From: an uncultured Candidatus Saccharimonadales bacterium
GTDB lineage: Bacteria > Patescibacteriota > Saccharimonadia > UBA4664
Direction of reading: 5' to 3'
Assembly (NCBI GenBank): GCA_964609585.1
Contig: CAZSRA010000001.1
Location: 287,290 to 351,289 of the forward strand
DNA: 64,000 nt
Part shown: piece after piece, positions 52,406-61,237 of the stretch
Layout: each line of letters starts with the position of its first letter
Numbering within the stretch: the stretch's first letter is position 1
Program-made: the position numbers and the translations under genes
The notes under the pieces: model-generated
Database searches by the model: none
What the model saw: only the letters and a program-made list of their open reading frames with translations
What the model was told of the DNA's origin: nothing

Positions 52406-53815
52406 TTAGTTTTGACCATGGAATCGTTCAAGATCGGCAAAACGGCGTTGTTCCGGGTGGAAGTAGAGCTCAACGTCGCCGATGGGGCCGTTACGATGTT
52501 TTTTGACCAGGATTTCGGTGATGTTTTCATCGGCTTGTTTGTCGTAATACCAAGGTCGATAAATGAAGGCAACGACGTCGGCATCTTGTTCGATGGAACC
52601 AGAGTCGCGCAAGTCGGAAAGCTGCGGGATTGGCGGGTTACGGGCTTCGACGGCGCGGGAGAGCTGAGACAGGGCAAGCACTGGCACGTTGAGCTCACGG
52701 GCGAGACCTTTGAGGCCACGAGAAATTTCTGAGACTTCTTGCTGGCGACCCTCCATACTGCGAGCACCGCCGGAAATGAGCTGGAGGTAGTCGATAATGA
52801 TGAGTCCGAGGCCGTGTTCAGCCTGGAGGCGACGAGCTTTGGTGCGCATTTCCATGACATTGGTCATGGCGGAGTCGTCGATGTAGAGAGGGGCCTCGGA
52901 GAGCTCGGCCATGGCTTCGTTGATGCGAGGGAAGTCATCATCGTCGAGTGCGCCGGTGCGGAGCTTCCAGGAATCGATGCCGGATTCGATGGCGAGGAGT
53001 TGATCGATGAGCTGCTCTTTGGACACCTCAAGGCTAAAGAAGCCAACGGGTATCCCCTCTTTGGCGGCGACGTGGTGGGCGATGTTCATGACGAGCGTGG
53101 TTTTACCCATAGAGGGGCGAGCAGCGAGGATGAGCAGGTCAGAGTTTTGAAGGCCCGCAAGCAAGTGATCGAGGTCGCGAAAACCGGTGGGGATGCCGCG
53201 GAGTTTGTCGGAGTTGGTGTGCATTTCGTTCAGGCGGTCGAAGGAATCGGCGAGAATGGAGTGTATGGGGATGAAGTTTTGTTTGAGGTTTTTTTGACTG
53301 ACTTCGAAGATGGTTTGCTCGGCTTTATCGAGGAGTTGATCGAGCGGAGTCTGCTCGTCGTAGCCGAAGCCGGTAATGTTCGAAGCGGCGGCGATGAGAC
53401 GACGGAGAGTAGCCTTATGGGCCACGATGCCGGCATAGTGCACGACATGAGCGGCCGTTGGTACGGCGCTGGTGAGATCGGCGATATACGCAGATCCGCC
53501 GATACGTTCGAGTTCACCTGCTTCTGAAAGTTTGTTGGATAGGCTAACGATGTCGATAGGCTGACGGCCTTCGTAGAGGTCCATGATGGCAGCAAAGATG
53601 AGCGCATGGTTTTCGACATAGAAGTCCTCTACGGAAACAATATCCGCGACTTTTATGATGGCATCTTTTTCGATGAGAATAGACCCAAGAAGACTGGTTT
53701 CGGCTTCGAGGTTTTGGGGGGGTACGCGCCCGGCGGCAACTTCTTGGTTTAGGATTTCGCCAATCGTGGGCGTATGCGGCTTTTTGTCGCGTGTTTTGGA
53801 GTTTGTACTTGGCAT
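52406..53815 (-). CDS. dnaB: Replicative DNA helicase DnaB
   Basis: N-terminal DnaB domain (PPQNLEAETSLLGSIL) and RecA-like C-terminal domain with Walker A ILAARPSMGKT and H4 SQLSR motifs; no intein. Confidence 0.9.
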   Translation of the reverse strand: MPSTNSKTRDKKPHTPTIGEILNQEVAAGRVPPQNLEAETSLLGSILIEKDAIIKVADIVSVEDFYVENHALIFAAIMDLYEGRQPIDIVSLSNKLSEAGELERIGGSAYIADLTSAVPTAAHVVHYAGIVAHKATLRRLIAAASNITGFGYDEQTPLDQLLDKAEQTIFEVSQKNLKQNFIPIHSILADSFDRLNEMHTNSDKLRGIPTGFRDLDHLLAGLQNSDLLILAARPSMGKTTLVMNIAHHVAAKEGIPVGFFSLEVSKEQLIDQLLAIESGIDSWKLRTGALDDDDFPRINEAMAELSEAPLYIDDSAMTNVMEMRTKARRLQAEHGLGLIIIDYLQLISGGARSMEGRQQEVSEISRGLKGLARELNVPVLALSQLSRAVEARNPPIPQLSDLRDSGSIEQDADVVAFIYRPWYYDKQADENITEILVKKHRNGPIGDVELYFHPEQRRFADLERFHGQN

Positions 53816-55323
53816 TATTCTACGATCTCTCCACCAAGGATTTCGAGGGCTGACGAGACGAGTTCAGCGGTAGCATCGGGTCGTGCGCGTTTGGTGCGCG
53901 CCGTTTCGTCGGTGCGGGCAGAGATCTTGATTGGGCGTCCGTAGACTTTGGCGGCAGCGGTTTCGATGAGAAGTCGGTTGGCGGGTTTCAAGAAAAGATC
54001 GCGATGAAAATTGAACCGCGGCTTGATGGTGATTTCGTCGGCATCAAAATCGACAGGGTACATTTGCAAGAGGGCAGCGAGTGAGTTGTTTTGAGCCTTG
54101 AGCCCGACCAGTACCTTCGGCCAAAGCTCTGACGTGCTTGGGCTAGGTGTCGAAGGTGCTTGGGGTTTGGTGTCGGCAGAGTTGGGCGAGGGCGAGGTGG
54201 CTTCGACTGCGGATGCTTTGGGAGTGGGGGTATGCTTGTTGGCTGGCCGCACATTTGTTTGTAGGTCTTGTGCGGGAGCTGGATCGGTTGCGGTGAGGCG
54301 AACCAGGGTGGTTTCCAGGGTGAGTTGTGGCCAACTCGAACGCGTGACTTCGAGAAGAGCATTAATGATATTGGCAATTACGGCCGTAGGCACGGCGGCA
54401 ACTAGCTTGCTAATGGTTTCACTGGGGCTGGGGACGGCGTCGGTGCTTGCAAGTAGGACTTGCCGCCAAAGGTTTGCGAGCTGGGTTGCAATGATGCTGG
54501 CTTGGGCGCCGCTATTGCCCAGCCGCGTGGCCACGGCGAGAGCGGACGGGGTATCGCGAGCGGCAACAGCATGCGCTAGGGCTGCGATTTCGGCTTCAGC
54601 CGTGTACCCGAGGAGCTCGCGAACATGATCTGCGTCGACCAAGCTAGAGCTGGCATTTGCTAGTTGGTCGAGAAGACTGATAGCATCGCGAAACCCTCCC
54701 CGGGCTGTCTCGGCGATGATACTCAGAGCATCCGGCGTAATGTGAATATTTTCACTTGCCGCAATGCGCTCGAGTTGCATTATGAGATCGGCGGTGGTGA
54801 TGGGTTTAAAATTAAAAGCTTGGGTGCGGGAAATGATGGTCTCGGGCAATTTGTGGGCTTCGGTTGTGGCTAGAATAAATACGGCGTGGGCAGGAGGCTC
54901 CTCGAGCGTCTTGAGGAGCGCATTGAAGGCCTCAGTGGTGAGCATGTGAACTTCGTCGATGATGTAAACCTTGAAGCGACCGGCGGTGGGGGCGAGGCCG
55001 ACTTTTTCGCGTAGATCGCGGACGGCGTCAATTGAGCGGTTGGAGGCAGCATCCATTTCAATAATGTCGAGCGAGGAGTTTAGTGCGGTTTGGCAGTTGG
55101 CGCATTGATTGCAGGGCTTGGGCTCCCCGGTGCAATTGAGGGCGCGGGCGAGCAGTCGAGCAACGCTGGTTTTTCCGACACCGCGAGGACCGGTAAACAA
55201 ATATGCGTGGCGGAGTCGGCCACTGGCCAGAGCTGCGGTAAGGGTGCGCACAACGTGGTCCTGACCGATAACTTCGGAAAAATCACCACTACGATATTTG
55301 CGGTACAGGGCTAGTTCGGACAC
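53815..55323 (-). CDS. dnaX: DNA polymerase III subunit gamma/tau
   Basis: AAA+ Walker A GPRGVGKTS, zinc module CNQCANCQ and SRC motif; the stop overlaps the dnaB start. Confidence 0.9.
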   Translation of the reverse strand: MSELALYRKYRSGDFSEVIGQDHVVRTLTAALASGRLRHAYLFTGPRGVGKTSVARLLARALNCTGEPKPCNQCANCQTALNSSLDIIEMDAASNRSIDAVRDLREKVGLAPTAGRFKVYIIDEVHMLTTEAFNALLKTLEEPPAHAVFILATTEAHKLPETIISRTQAFNFKPITTADLIMQLERIAASENIHITPDALSIIAETARGGFRDAISLLDQLANASSSLVDADHVRELLGYTAEAEIAALAHAVAARDTPSALAVATRLGNSGAQASIIATQLANLWRQVLLASTDAVPSPSETISKLVAAVPTAVIANIINALLEVTRSSWPQLTLETTLVRLTATDPAPAQDLQTNVRPANKHTPTPKASAVEATSPSPNSADTKPQAPSTPSPSTSELWPKVLVGLKAQNNSLAALLQMYPVDFDADEITIKPRFNFHRDLFLKPANRLLIETAAAKVYGRPIKISARTDETARTKRARPDATAELVSSALEILGGEIVE

Positions 55324-55391
55324 TTCGCTCCACTCATCACGTTAGACTACTATTATATCTGAAGGGGCGCGGGGTTAATAGTGGATAAGGG

Positions 55392-55946
55392 TTATGGTGC
55401 CGGTGTTTTTAGGGTGGATTTGAGGTGGGCGGCGAGCTGGCGTACGGCTTTGCCCCGAGAACTAATGGCGTTTTTTTCGGCGGACGTGAGCTCGGCATTC
55501 GTGCACGTTTGCCCGTCGGCGATGAAGATTGGGTCGAAACCAAAGCCGCCCGTGCCGCGGGGTTTTACGACCTGGCCCGAATATTCACCTAGAAAATAAT
55601 GAATAGTCCCCTGTTCGTCGCGATAGCCGATGGTGGTCCGGACTGTCGCGGTATGGTCGGTATAGTGGTGAACGAGCTCTGACACTTTTTCGACGCCGAG
55701 AGACCCGAGAAACCATTTCATCAGCGTGCCCGGGAGGCCATTTAAGCAGGCGAGTCCAACCGAAGTGTCTTCAACAATAAATGCGCCGTCGTGGTGACTG
55801 GCGGCCTGTGCTAGTTTATGCTCGATGACTTTTTGGGGATCCAGTGTTTGGATTTCGTCGAGATCAAGATCGAGTTGTTTGATATGGGGGATGAGGGCAG
55901 CTACTTCTTTGAATTTGCCTGCGTTGCCGGTAATAAAATATAGCAT
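55392..55946 (-). CDS. rdgB: Non-canonical purine NTP pyrophosphatase (RdgB/HAM1)
   Basis: MLYFITGNAGKFKEV…FGFDPIF motifs. Confidence 0.8.
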   Translation of the reverse strand: MLYFITGNAGKFKEVAALIPHIKQLDLDLDEIQTLDPQKVIEHKLAQAASHHDGAFIVEDTSVGLACLNGLPGTLMKWFLGSLGVEKVSELVHHYTDHTATVRTTIGYRDEQGTIHYFLGEYSGQVVKPRGTGGFGFDPIFIADGQTCTNAELTSAEKNAISSRGKAVRQLAAHLKSTLKTPAP

Positions 55947-56551
55947 TAGTACACCTTTATCTTTCGACGTTTAGTTTTGAGCCAGTCGGGTACCGGGACA
56001 AAGGTAATCTCGCTCCAATGGTTTACCTCGGCCTCAGTTACGTCGTACTCGGCCTGGTAGGCTATCTCAACGCTTCCATGAAGAGCCTGATCCCAGTCTA
56101 GGCCGAGCTGGCTGGCGACGGATTTGAGGGCTGTATCACTCGGGCCTTCGAGCTCAATAAACGGATCGATCCAGGGCCATTGATCAATTTCGACTTCGAC
56201 TTGTCCAAGCTTCCAGCTTTCGCGTTTGGTTTCTTGATAATTTTTGGATTGGAGCCCGATTAGCTCGAGGAAATCGCAGGTGTGCTTGAAGCTACTAACG
56301 GTAATTTCTAACTCGCTTGTGCCGGTGATGGTGCGGTCTTTGAGTTGTTTGTATGATAGGGTGACCTTATCGTTTTCGTCGCGCACCCGCACCCAACCGC
56401 CGCGAGTTTCGAGCGTGCCATCGGGGTAATCAAAATTGCGACGACGCATAGAGCGCTCAGGGGCGCGTAATGTGGCTCCCGCTGCTTTGAGTTTTTGGCG
56501 CAGATTTAGGGGATCGATATGTAAGAACTTGGCTTCAAGTTCTGTCTGCAT
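55946..56551 (-). CDS. CYTH-domain (triphosphate tunnel metalloenzyme) protein
   Basis: N-terminal ExExK (ELEAKF) characteristic of the CYTH fold; 201 aa; translationally coupled to rdgB (ATGA overlap). Confidence 0.7.
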   Translation of the reverse strand: MQTELEAKFLHIDPLNLRQKLKAAGATLRAPERSMRRRNFDYPDGTLETRGGWVRVRDENDKVTLSYKQLKDRTITGTSELEITVSSFKHTCDFLELIGLQSKNYQETKRESWKLGQVEVEIDQWPWIDPFIELEGPSDTALKSVASQLGLDWDQALHGSVEIAYQAEYDVTEAEVNHWSEITFVPVPDWLKTKRRKIKVY

Positions 56552-57069
56552 TAGCCGATAACAGCTTCAATCGCAGCCCACTCGGCCTCTCCCTCTTCGG
56601 GGATGACCATGGTGACCTGGTCACCAGGCTGGGCTTTGAAATAAGTGACACTTGCAAAGAGTACATGGTATTCCTGGCCTCTGGCTTCGACGTAGTAGGC
56701 GCCGTCTTTGAGGTTGAGGGTGCCGATGAGTTTTTTGCGCTCAACAGGACCAATTTGCTTATAAATGAAGGTACCGTCATCGCCGATGATGAGCTTGAGC
56801 TGGTCGCCTTGGACGAGCTTGGACTTGGAGGCGTAGTTGGCGGGAACGGGATAGCTTTTGCCGTCGGGCCCGATCATGTGCTGACCATCGAAGGCGCCTT
56901 CGATGATTTTGCCCGTGCCGGCGGAATCGCTTTTGGTTTCCGAGACGGATACCGTTTCATCTGAACCGACGAGGCTCGTGAGGAGCTCTTTAGCACCGGC
57001 AAGATTAGTTTCAGCCGACTCGATGAGTTTCTTTAGGGTCTTGAGTTGTTTTTCGGTAATATCTGCCAC
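56551..57069 (-). CDS. Hypothetical protein (172 aa), co-operonic with the CYTH protein
   Basis: ATGA overlap with the CYTH gene start; no recognised motif. Confidence 0.55.
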   Translation of the reverse strand: MADITEKQLKTLKKLIESAETNLAGAKELLTSLVGSDETVSVSETKSDSAGTGKIIEGAFDGQHMIGPDGKSYPVPANYASKSKLVQGDQLKLIIGDDGTFIYKQIGPVERKKLIGTLNLKDGAYYVEARGQEYHVLFASVTYFKAQPGDQVTMVIPEEGEAEWAAIEAVIG

Positions 57070-57144
57070 CGGGAAAATCCTTTGGTATTGGTTTCACACT
57101 CTGCTGGCTTTATTCATACTACGCCTGGCGATGAAAGTCAAAAG

Positions 57145-58257
57145 TTAATCAGCTTTAACTTTCATCGTATCTATAAAATCATGCAGGATTTGGTAGGTTT
57201 GGGTGAGGCCACGAATGGTTATATATTCATGACTTGTGTGGTGCCCGCTGCCTTCTGGTGAAAAAACGATAGGGTTTGCACCTGCTCCCGCGAAGAACTG
57301 TGCGTCGGTGGCCCCGTATGAGTTTACTAGAGTGACCTCACGTTTGAGATGACTCGTCATAATAGTCTGCAGGCGCTTCATGTCCGGATGGTCTAGGTTA
57401 TGTCGGAGGGCCGGAATCTGAGTACTTGTTGTGAGTGTGAGATCTAGATCCTGGGCTATGCCGAGAAGCTGTTGTTTGATGGTTTCAGGGGTGTGCGGCG
57501 GCAGAAACCTGATATCCAGTTCAAGAAAAGCATGGTTTGGCACTTGGTTTACCACCTGGCCTCCTCGAATAGTTCCAATGTTTACGGTGGTATCTGTGTA
57601 CGCATGGCCATCACCGGTATGAAGCTCGGATTTAATTCTAGGGATTGCTTTTATTAAGGTTTCGATGGCATTTATGCCTACATCGACGCGCGAAGCGTGG
57701 GCGGCTAGACCGTGTGCCTCCAGTTTGCACCATAGTGTACCTTTGGCCGATGACTCAATCCCCCAGGAAGTTCCGCCGTCGGGTATAATTACGGTTTTTT
57801 CGCTTAATTTGAGTTTGGACGCAAGATACCCAGCACCGGCCTCTCCGGTGTCTTCTTCGTCTGAGACGATTATGATTCCTATGGATGGCGAGGTGGGCGC
57901 TAAATCGACGCAGAGCTGGAGGTACACGGCGATCGCAAATTTCATATCAAAGGTGCCGCGCCCGTAGAGTCTTCCGCGTCTGCGTTGCAAATCAAATTGA
58001 GCTGTATGGCCTTCGACGACATCGAGGTGAGCGTAAAACCAAATCTCGGTATCGGATAGGGACCTAAAATGGGCATAACAATAAGGAAAACTTCCTTGTG
58101 AGCCGGTGGAAACATGTAAACCTAGCTGTTTGAGTTCGCCTGCAATTTCGCCCATCGTTTTTTTGTTTGCTTGTTGGTTTGAAGTAATAGTACGAGATTC
58201 TACGAGACGCGCGAGACGCGATATTAGGGCTTCTGTTTTGGGGGTTTGGGTTGTCAT
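57145..58257 (-). CDS. M20-family metallopeptidase (DapE/ArgE-like)
   Basis: YAHLDVV, GTFDMK and DEE(D)TG metal-ligand motifs. Confidence 0.75.
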   Translation of the reverse strand: MTTQTPKTEALISRLARLVESRTITSNQQANKKTMGEIAGELKQLGLHVSTGSQGSFPYCYAHFRSLSDTEIWFYAHLDVVEGHTAQFDLQRRRGRLYGRGTFDMKFAIAVYLQLCVDLAPTSPSIGIIIVSDEEDTGEAGAGYLASKLKLSEKTVIIPDGGTSWGIESSAKGTLWCKLEAHGLAAHASRVDVGINAIETLIKAIPRIKSELHTGDGHAYTDTTVNIGTIRGGQVVNQVPNHAFLELDIRFLPPHTPETIKQQLLGIAQDLDLTLTTSTQIPALRHNLDHPDMKRLQTIMTSHLKREVTLVNSYGATDAQFFAGAGANPIVFSPEGSGHHTSHEYITIRGLTQTYQILHDFIDTMKVKAD

Positions 58258-58339
58258 GGGGATGGTTCCTTTTTTGAGTTATATGTTGGTTTCTGGCCCC
58301 ATCTGTACTCAGATGGGGCCAGCTTTCTCGCAAAACCAC

Positions 58340-59272
58340 TTACGCGAGAGGTCCGAATATGGTGCCGGAAGTTCCGTGGAGCTTCACGTTTGGATCTATC
58401 AACCACTCTCCCCCACCATAGATCCAGTCTTGGGATCTGATGTCGTAGAAGAAGAAGGGCCGGAGTAGAAGGTGATGCGGCTTCCCCTCGTATACGATGC
58501 GCGTGGGCGGGTGATATGGCTGGCAGTACATTGAGCCGTAGCGCTCTAGCACGCTTACCACCTGACTGCGAGTGGAAGAACCGCGCAGACGTCCATTGGC
58601 CGAGTAGATCGTGATTCCATGCGACTTTGAGCCTTGGACAGGCTTGAGCACGAAGCTCGTGTCCCAAGGTAGATCATCGCTTTGGTTAACCAGCCTCCAC
58701 CATCCGAGATCGATGCCGTAGCGCTTCTGCCCTTCGGTAGTGAGCGTGGAAATGGACCGCGGGATTAGCTCGCTCAAGCCCTCTTCGCCAGTGGCTGATC
58801 GTACGAGCAGCAGTGTATCCGGCGCAACCTCAGCAAGGCGAGAGAGCGGAATCTGAGGGATCCACCCGACGCCGTCGTCTGTACCTCCATCCGCTAGATG
58901 CCTGGGCGTCTCGATTGACACGAAGCTTGGCCAGCTCGCCTGAGCCGCTGCGAGCCGGTCGAGGAAGTATGGATGGTCGTAAAGGAATGCCGACCCGATG
59001 CCTTGAGGCCGTTCCTCGACTTCGTAGATGAAGAGTTCACCTTCTGATCCGATACTGCAGTCAAAGCGCAGCATGAGGGTGGGCAGGCCGTAGTTGCGCG
59101 CCACCCAAGTGTCCTCCGGATGCGGGTTGATGCTCGACCAGAGCGCGATAGTGCTCCTTAGATACCTCTGATGCTGCGAGCTGAGATAGATCGTGTGAGC
59201 CGTGGTGGTAGCTCGCCAATTTCCGGTGCCGATATTCAAGGTGCGGGTCTTCAGGCCGGCGGTGGGTAGCAT
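58340..59272 (-). CDS. ATP-grasp-like hypothetical protein (G+C-rich gene)
   Basis: FVLKPVQGSKSHGITIY resembles the ATP-grasp phosphate-binding strand (as in RimK VVLKxxxGxxGxGV). I place the start at ATG 59272 (MLPTAGLK) with GCGAGG upstream; the tracked N-terminal extension overlaps a perfect hairpin at 59311-59338. Confidence 0.5.
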   Translation of the reverse strand: MLPTAGLKTRTLNIGTGNWRATTTAHTIYLSSQHQRYLRSTIALWSSINPHPEDTWVARNYGLPTLMLRFDCSIGSEGELFIYEVEERPQGIGSAFLYDHPYFLDRLAAAQASWPSFVSIETPRHLADGGTDDGVGWIPQIPLSRLAEVAPDTLLLVRSATGEEGLSELIPRSISTLTTEGQKRYGIDLGWWRLVNQSDDLPWDTSFVLKPVQGSKSHGITIYSANGRLRGSSTRSQVVSVLERYGSMYCQPYHPPTRIVYEGKPHHLLLRPFFFYDIRSQDWIYGGGEWLIDPNVKLHGTSGTIFGPLA

Positions 59273-59348
59273 GATGCCTCGCTTGGTTGAAGGGATTGTG
59301 GTTTGCGTTTCTGCCGAAACCTGAGGTTTTCGGCAGAAGTTAAAACAC

Positions 59349-59373
59349 AAAAAAACCGCCGCATATGCGACGG
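59349..59373 (-). terminator. Rho-independent terminator (minus strand)
   Basis: Minus strand reads CCGTCGCATATGCGGCGGttttttt. Confidence 0.5.
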
Positions 59374-59407
59374 TACAAGGGGGGGTCTGGTATTATTTTT
59401 TATGCAT

Positions 59408-59448
59408 CAAAAAAGGTCCGTCGCATTGCGAAAGCAAAACGACGACGC
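59408..59448 (-). terminator. Hairpin + T7 tract (minus strand), second terminator-like element
   Basis: Minus strand reads gcgtcgtcgttttgctttcgcaatgcgacggaccttttttt. Confidence 0.35.
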
Positions 59449-59563
59449 TTCGAGCTGGAGTTGAGCATAGGGACTTGCATTGCTTTATAAAACCACATTA
59501 GTTGCTTGGTGGTCAAGCGTTTCAGGCCAACTGATAGCTGTTTGAGGTTGGTGGCAGGAATGG

Positions 59564-59591
59564 AAAAAGGATCATAGCCATGATCCTTTTT
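59564..59591. terminator. Bidirectional terminator
   Basis: AAAAAGGATCATagccATGATCCTTTTT: perfect 12-bp stem with A- and T-tracts; 37 nt downstream of the micro-ORF stop. Confidence 0.55.
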
Positions 59592-59627
59592 CTGTAGCGT
59601 CTTATTTTCGAACGTGCGGGAAGCTCT

Positions 59628-59708
59628 TTAGAGCTTGCCCAAGAGCCCGCTTAGCAGGCCGCCGATCAGACCCAGCCCTACGGTTACACCGATGGATAAA
59701 TCTCCCAT
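59628..59708 (-). CDS. Candidate 26-aa hydrophobic glycine-zipper micro-protein (MGDLSIGVTVGLGLIGGLLSGLLGKL)
   Basis: Perfect SD AAGGAGG 6 nt upstream of the ATG (59706-59708); bracketed by terminators on both sides; single predicted TM helix with GxxxG repeats. Confidence 0.4.
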   Translation of the reverse strand: MGDLSIGVTVGLGLIGGLLSGLLGKL

Positions 59709-59908
59709 GTGGTGCCTCCTTATCGTTAGTTTTTTGTGAGTGTCCCGCCCGTCGACGCGACGAAGGCAATCATAGCGGTCATGCTTCTGGGACGCCATCG
59801 TCAAAATGATGCAACCTTTCATAAATAATGCATATAAACTTGGCAGAATACCCTGGAGTTTTACGGATGCATGGAGGCAGAGGCGAAAGCGGCGCTACAG
59901 TTACTATC

Positions 59909-59943
59909 AAAAAAGCTCCTCAGGATTTGAGGAGCTTTTTTTT
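59909..59943. terminator. Bidirectional terminator downstream of rplL
   Basis: aaaaaAGCTCCTCaggatttGAGGAGCTtttttttt. Confidence 0.6.
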
Positions 59944-59960
59944 AACGAGCGTTTGTCCGA

Positions 59961-60377
59961 TTACTGGAGTTCGACGGTAGCGCCAGCAGCTTCGAGCTTA
60001 GACTTGGCTTCTTCTGCCTCAGCTTTGGCTACGTTCTCTTTAACGGCCTTGGGGGCGCCGTCTACGAGGCCTTTGGATTCAGCGAGACCGAGGCCGGTGA
60101 TTTCACGAACAGCCTTGATGACGTTGATCTTCTGGTCGCCAGCAGCGGTGAGCATAACGGTGAAGCTAGACTTCTCTTCGGCAGCTTCAGCGGCTTCGCC
60201 AGCAGCAGCTGGGGCGGCCATAGCCATAGGGGCGGCAGCGGACACGCCGTAGTGCTTCTCGAGGACTTTTACGAGCTCGCTGAGCTTGAGGACGCTCAGT
60301 TTGTCGATTTCGCCAACGAGTTTTTCGAACTCGGCTGGGACTTCAAATTTTTCTTCAGTGGTAGTTTCTTCTGCCAT
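59961..60377 (-). CDS. rplL: 50S ribosomal protein L7/L12
   Basis: C-terminal domain [66 protein letters not shown], plus an Ala-rich hinge. Confidence 0.9.
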   Translation of the reverse strand: MAEETTTEEKFEVPAEFEKLVGEIDKLSVLKLSELVKVLEKHYGVSAAAPMAMAAPAAAGEAAEAAEEKSSFTVMLTAAGDQKINVIKAVREITGLGLAESKGLVDGAPKAVKENVAKAEAEEAKSKLEAAGATVELQ

Positions 60378-60388
60378 GATGTTTCTCC

Positions 60389-60919
60389 TTACGCTTTAGC
60401 TTCGCTAAGCGCGTTTAGTACGTTAATGATAGAACGGACGTTGCCTGCCATGACGCCGACAAAACCGGTCAGAGGTGCAGCGATAGTGCCAACCACCTGG
60501 GCGAGCAGCTGCTCGCGTGTCGGTAGGGTGGCCAGGGCTTTTACCTGAGCGGCGGTGAGGATCTGACCGTCGCCAGTGATGGCTCCGACGATTTCAAGGG
60601 CACCATGAGTCTTGGCGAATTGGAAGATAACGCGGGCGGGTGCCACTTCGTCATCAAAACCCATTGCAAGAGCGGTGGGGCCAGTGAAGGTCGCAGGATC
60701 AATCGCAGCGAGGGTGGGGTTGTTTTTGGCGGCGAGACGCAGGAGCGTATTTTTGGTAACACGGTAGGTGATACCTTCAGTACGCAGAACGCCTCGGAGC
60801 TCTTCAACCTCACGCACGGTGAGACCTCGGTAGTCGGTCATGACGGCCAGTTTGATGCGTCCAAGCTCGCTGCCGAGGGTTTCGACGGCTTGCTCTTTGG
60901 CAGTGCGGGAAATGGCCAT
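60389..60919 (-). CDS. rplJ: 50S ribosomal protein L10
   Basis: 176 aa; the L10 N-terminal domain plus the C-terminal L7/L12-binding helix. Confidence 0.9.
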   Translation of the reverse strand: MAISRTAKEQAVETLGSELGRIKLAVMTDYRGLTVREVEELRGVLRTEGITYRVTKNTLLRLAAKNNPTLAAIDPATFTGPTALAMGFDDEVAPARVIFQFAKTHGALEIVGAITGDGQILTAAQVKALATLPTREQLLAQVVGTIAAPLTGFVGVMAGNVRSIINVLNALSEAKA

Positions 60920-61120
60920 ATGACTTTTGCTCCCTTAGTTTTTAAAAAATCTCTTCGGTGTTTACCAAAGAGACATGCGAAGTAATCCTTTTGACGCGAA
61001 AGCTTTTTGTGAAGCTTTAGGTTTCTGGAATCGCCTCGGTAGCAAGTTTTAAGCTCTTTTGGAGCAGCTACTGTCTTTGGTGAACTAGGTTAGTTTAGCA
61101 GGGTTTGGGGGATTTCGTCA
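60920..61120 (-). promoter_or_regulatory. Putative rplJ 5' leader (L10 autoregulatory leader region)
   Basis: ~300-nt untranslated region upstream of rplJ with several stems (e.g. ggtgtttaccaaagagacatgc / gaagctttaggtttc). I did not verify the leader structure. Confidence 0.25.
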
Positions 61121-61237
61121 ATGGTTGGGGGGGTCTTTTGTCCTTAAACTGAAAAAGATTGGTTTTTAAACTCGAGAGTGGTAAGCTTTCGGCGGTCAAA
61201 GTGACTGCTCCATCGAAACAGAAGTAGGCGAAAAGAC

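Noticed and set aside
52739-53527. 262-aa plus-strand ORF
   Set aside because: It is antisense to dnaB (Walker motifs are in the minus frame).
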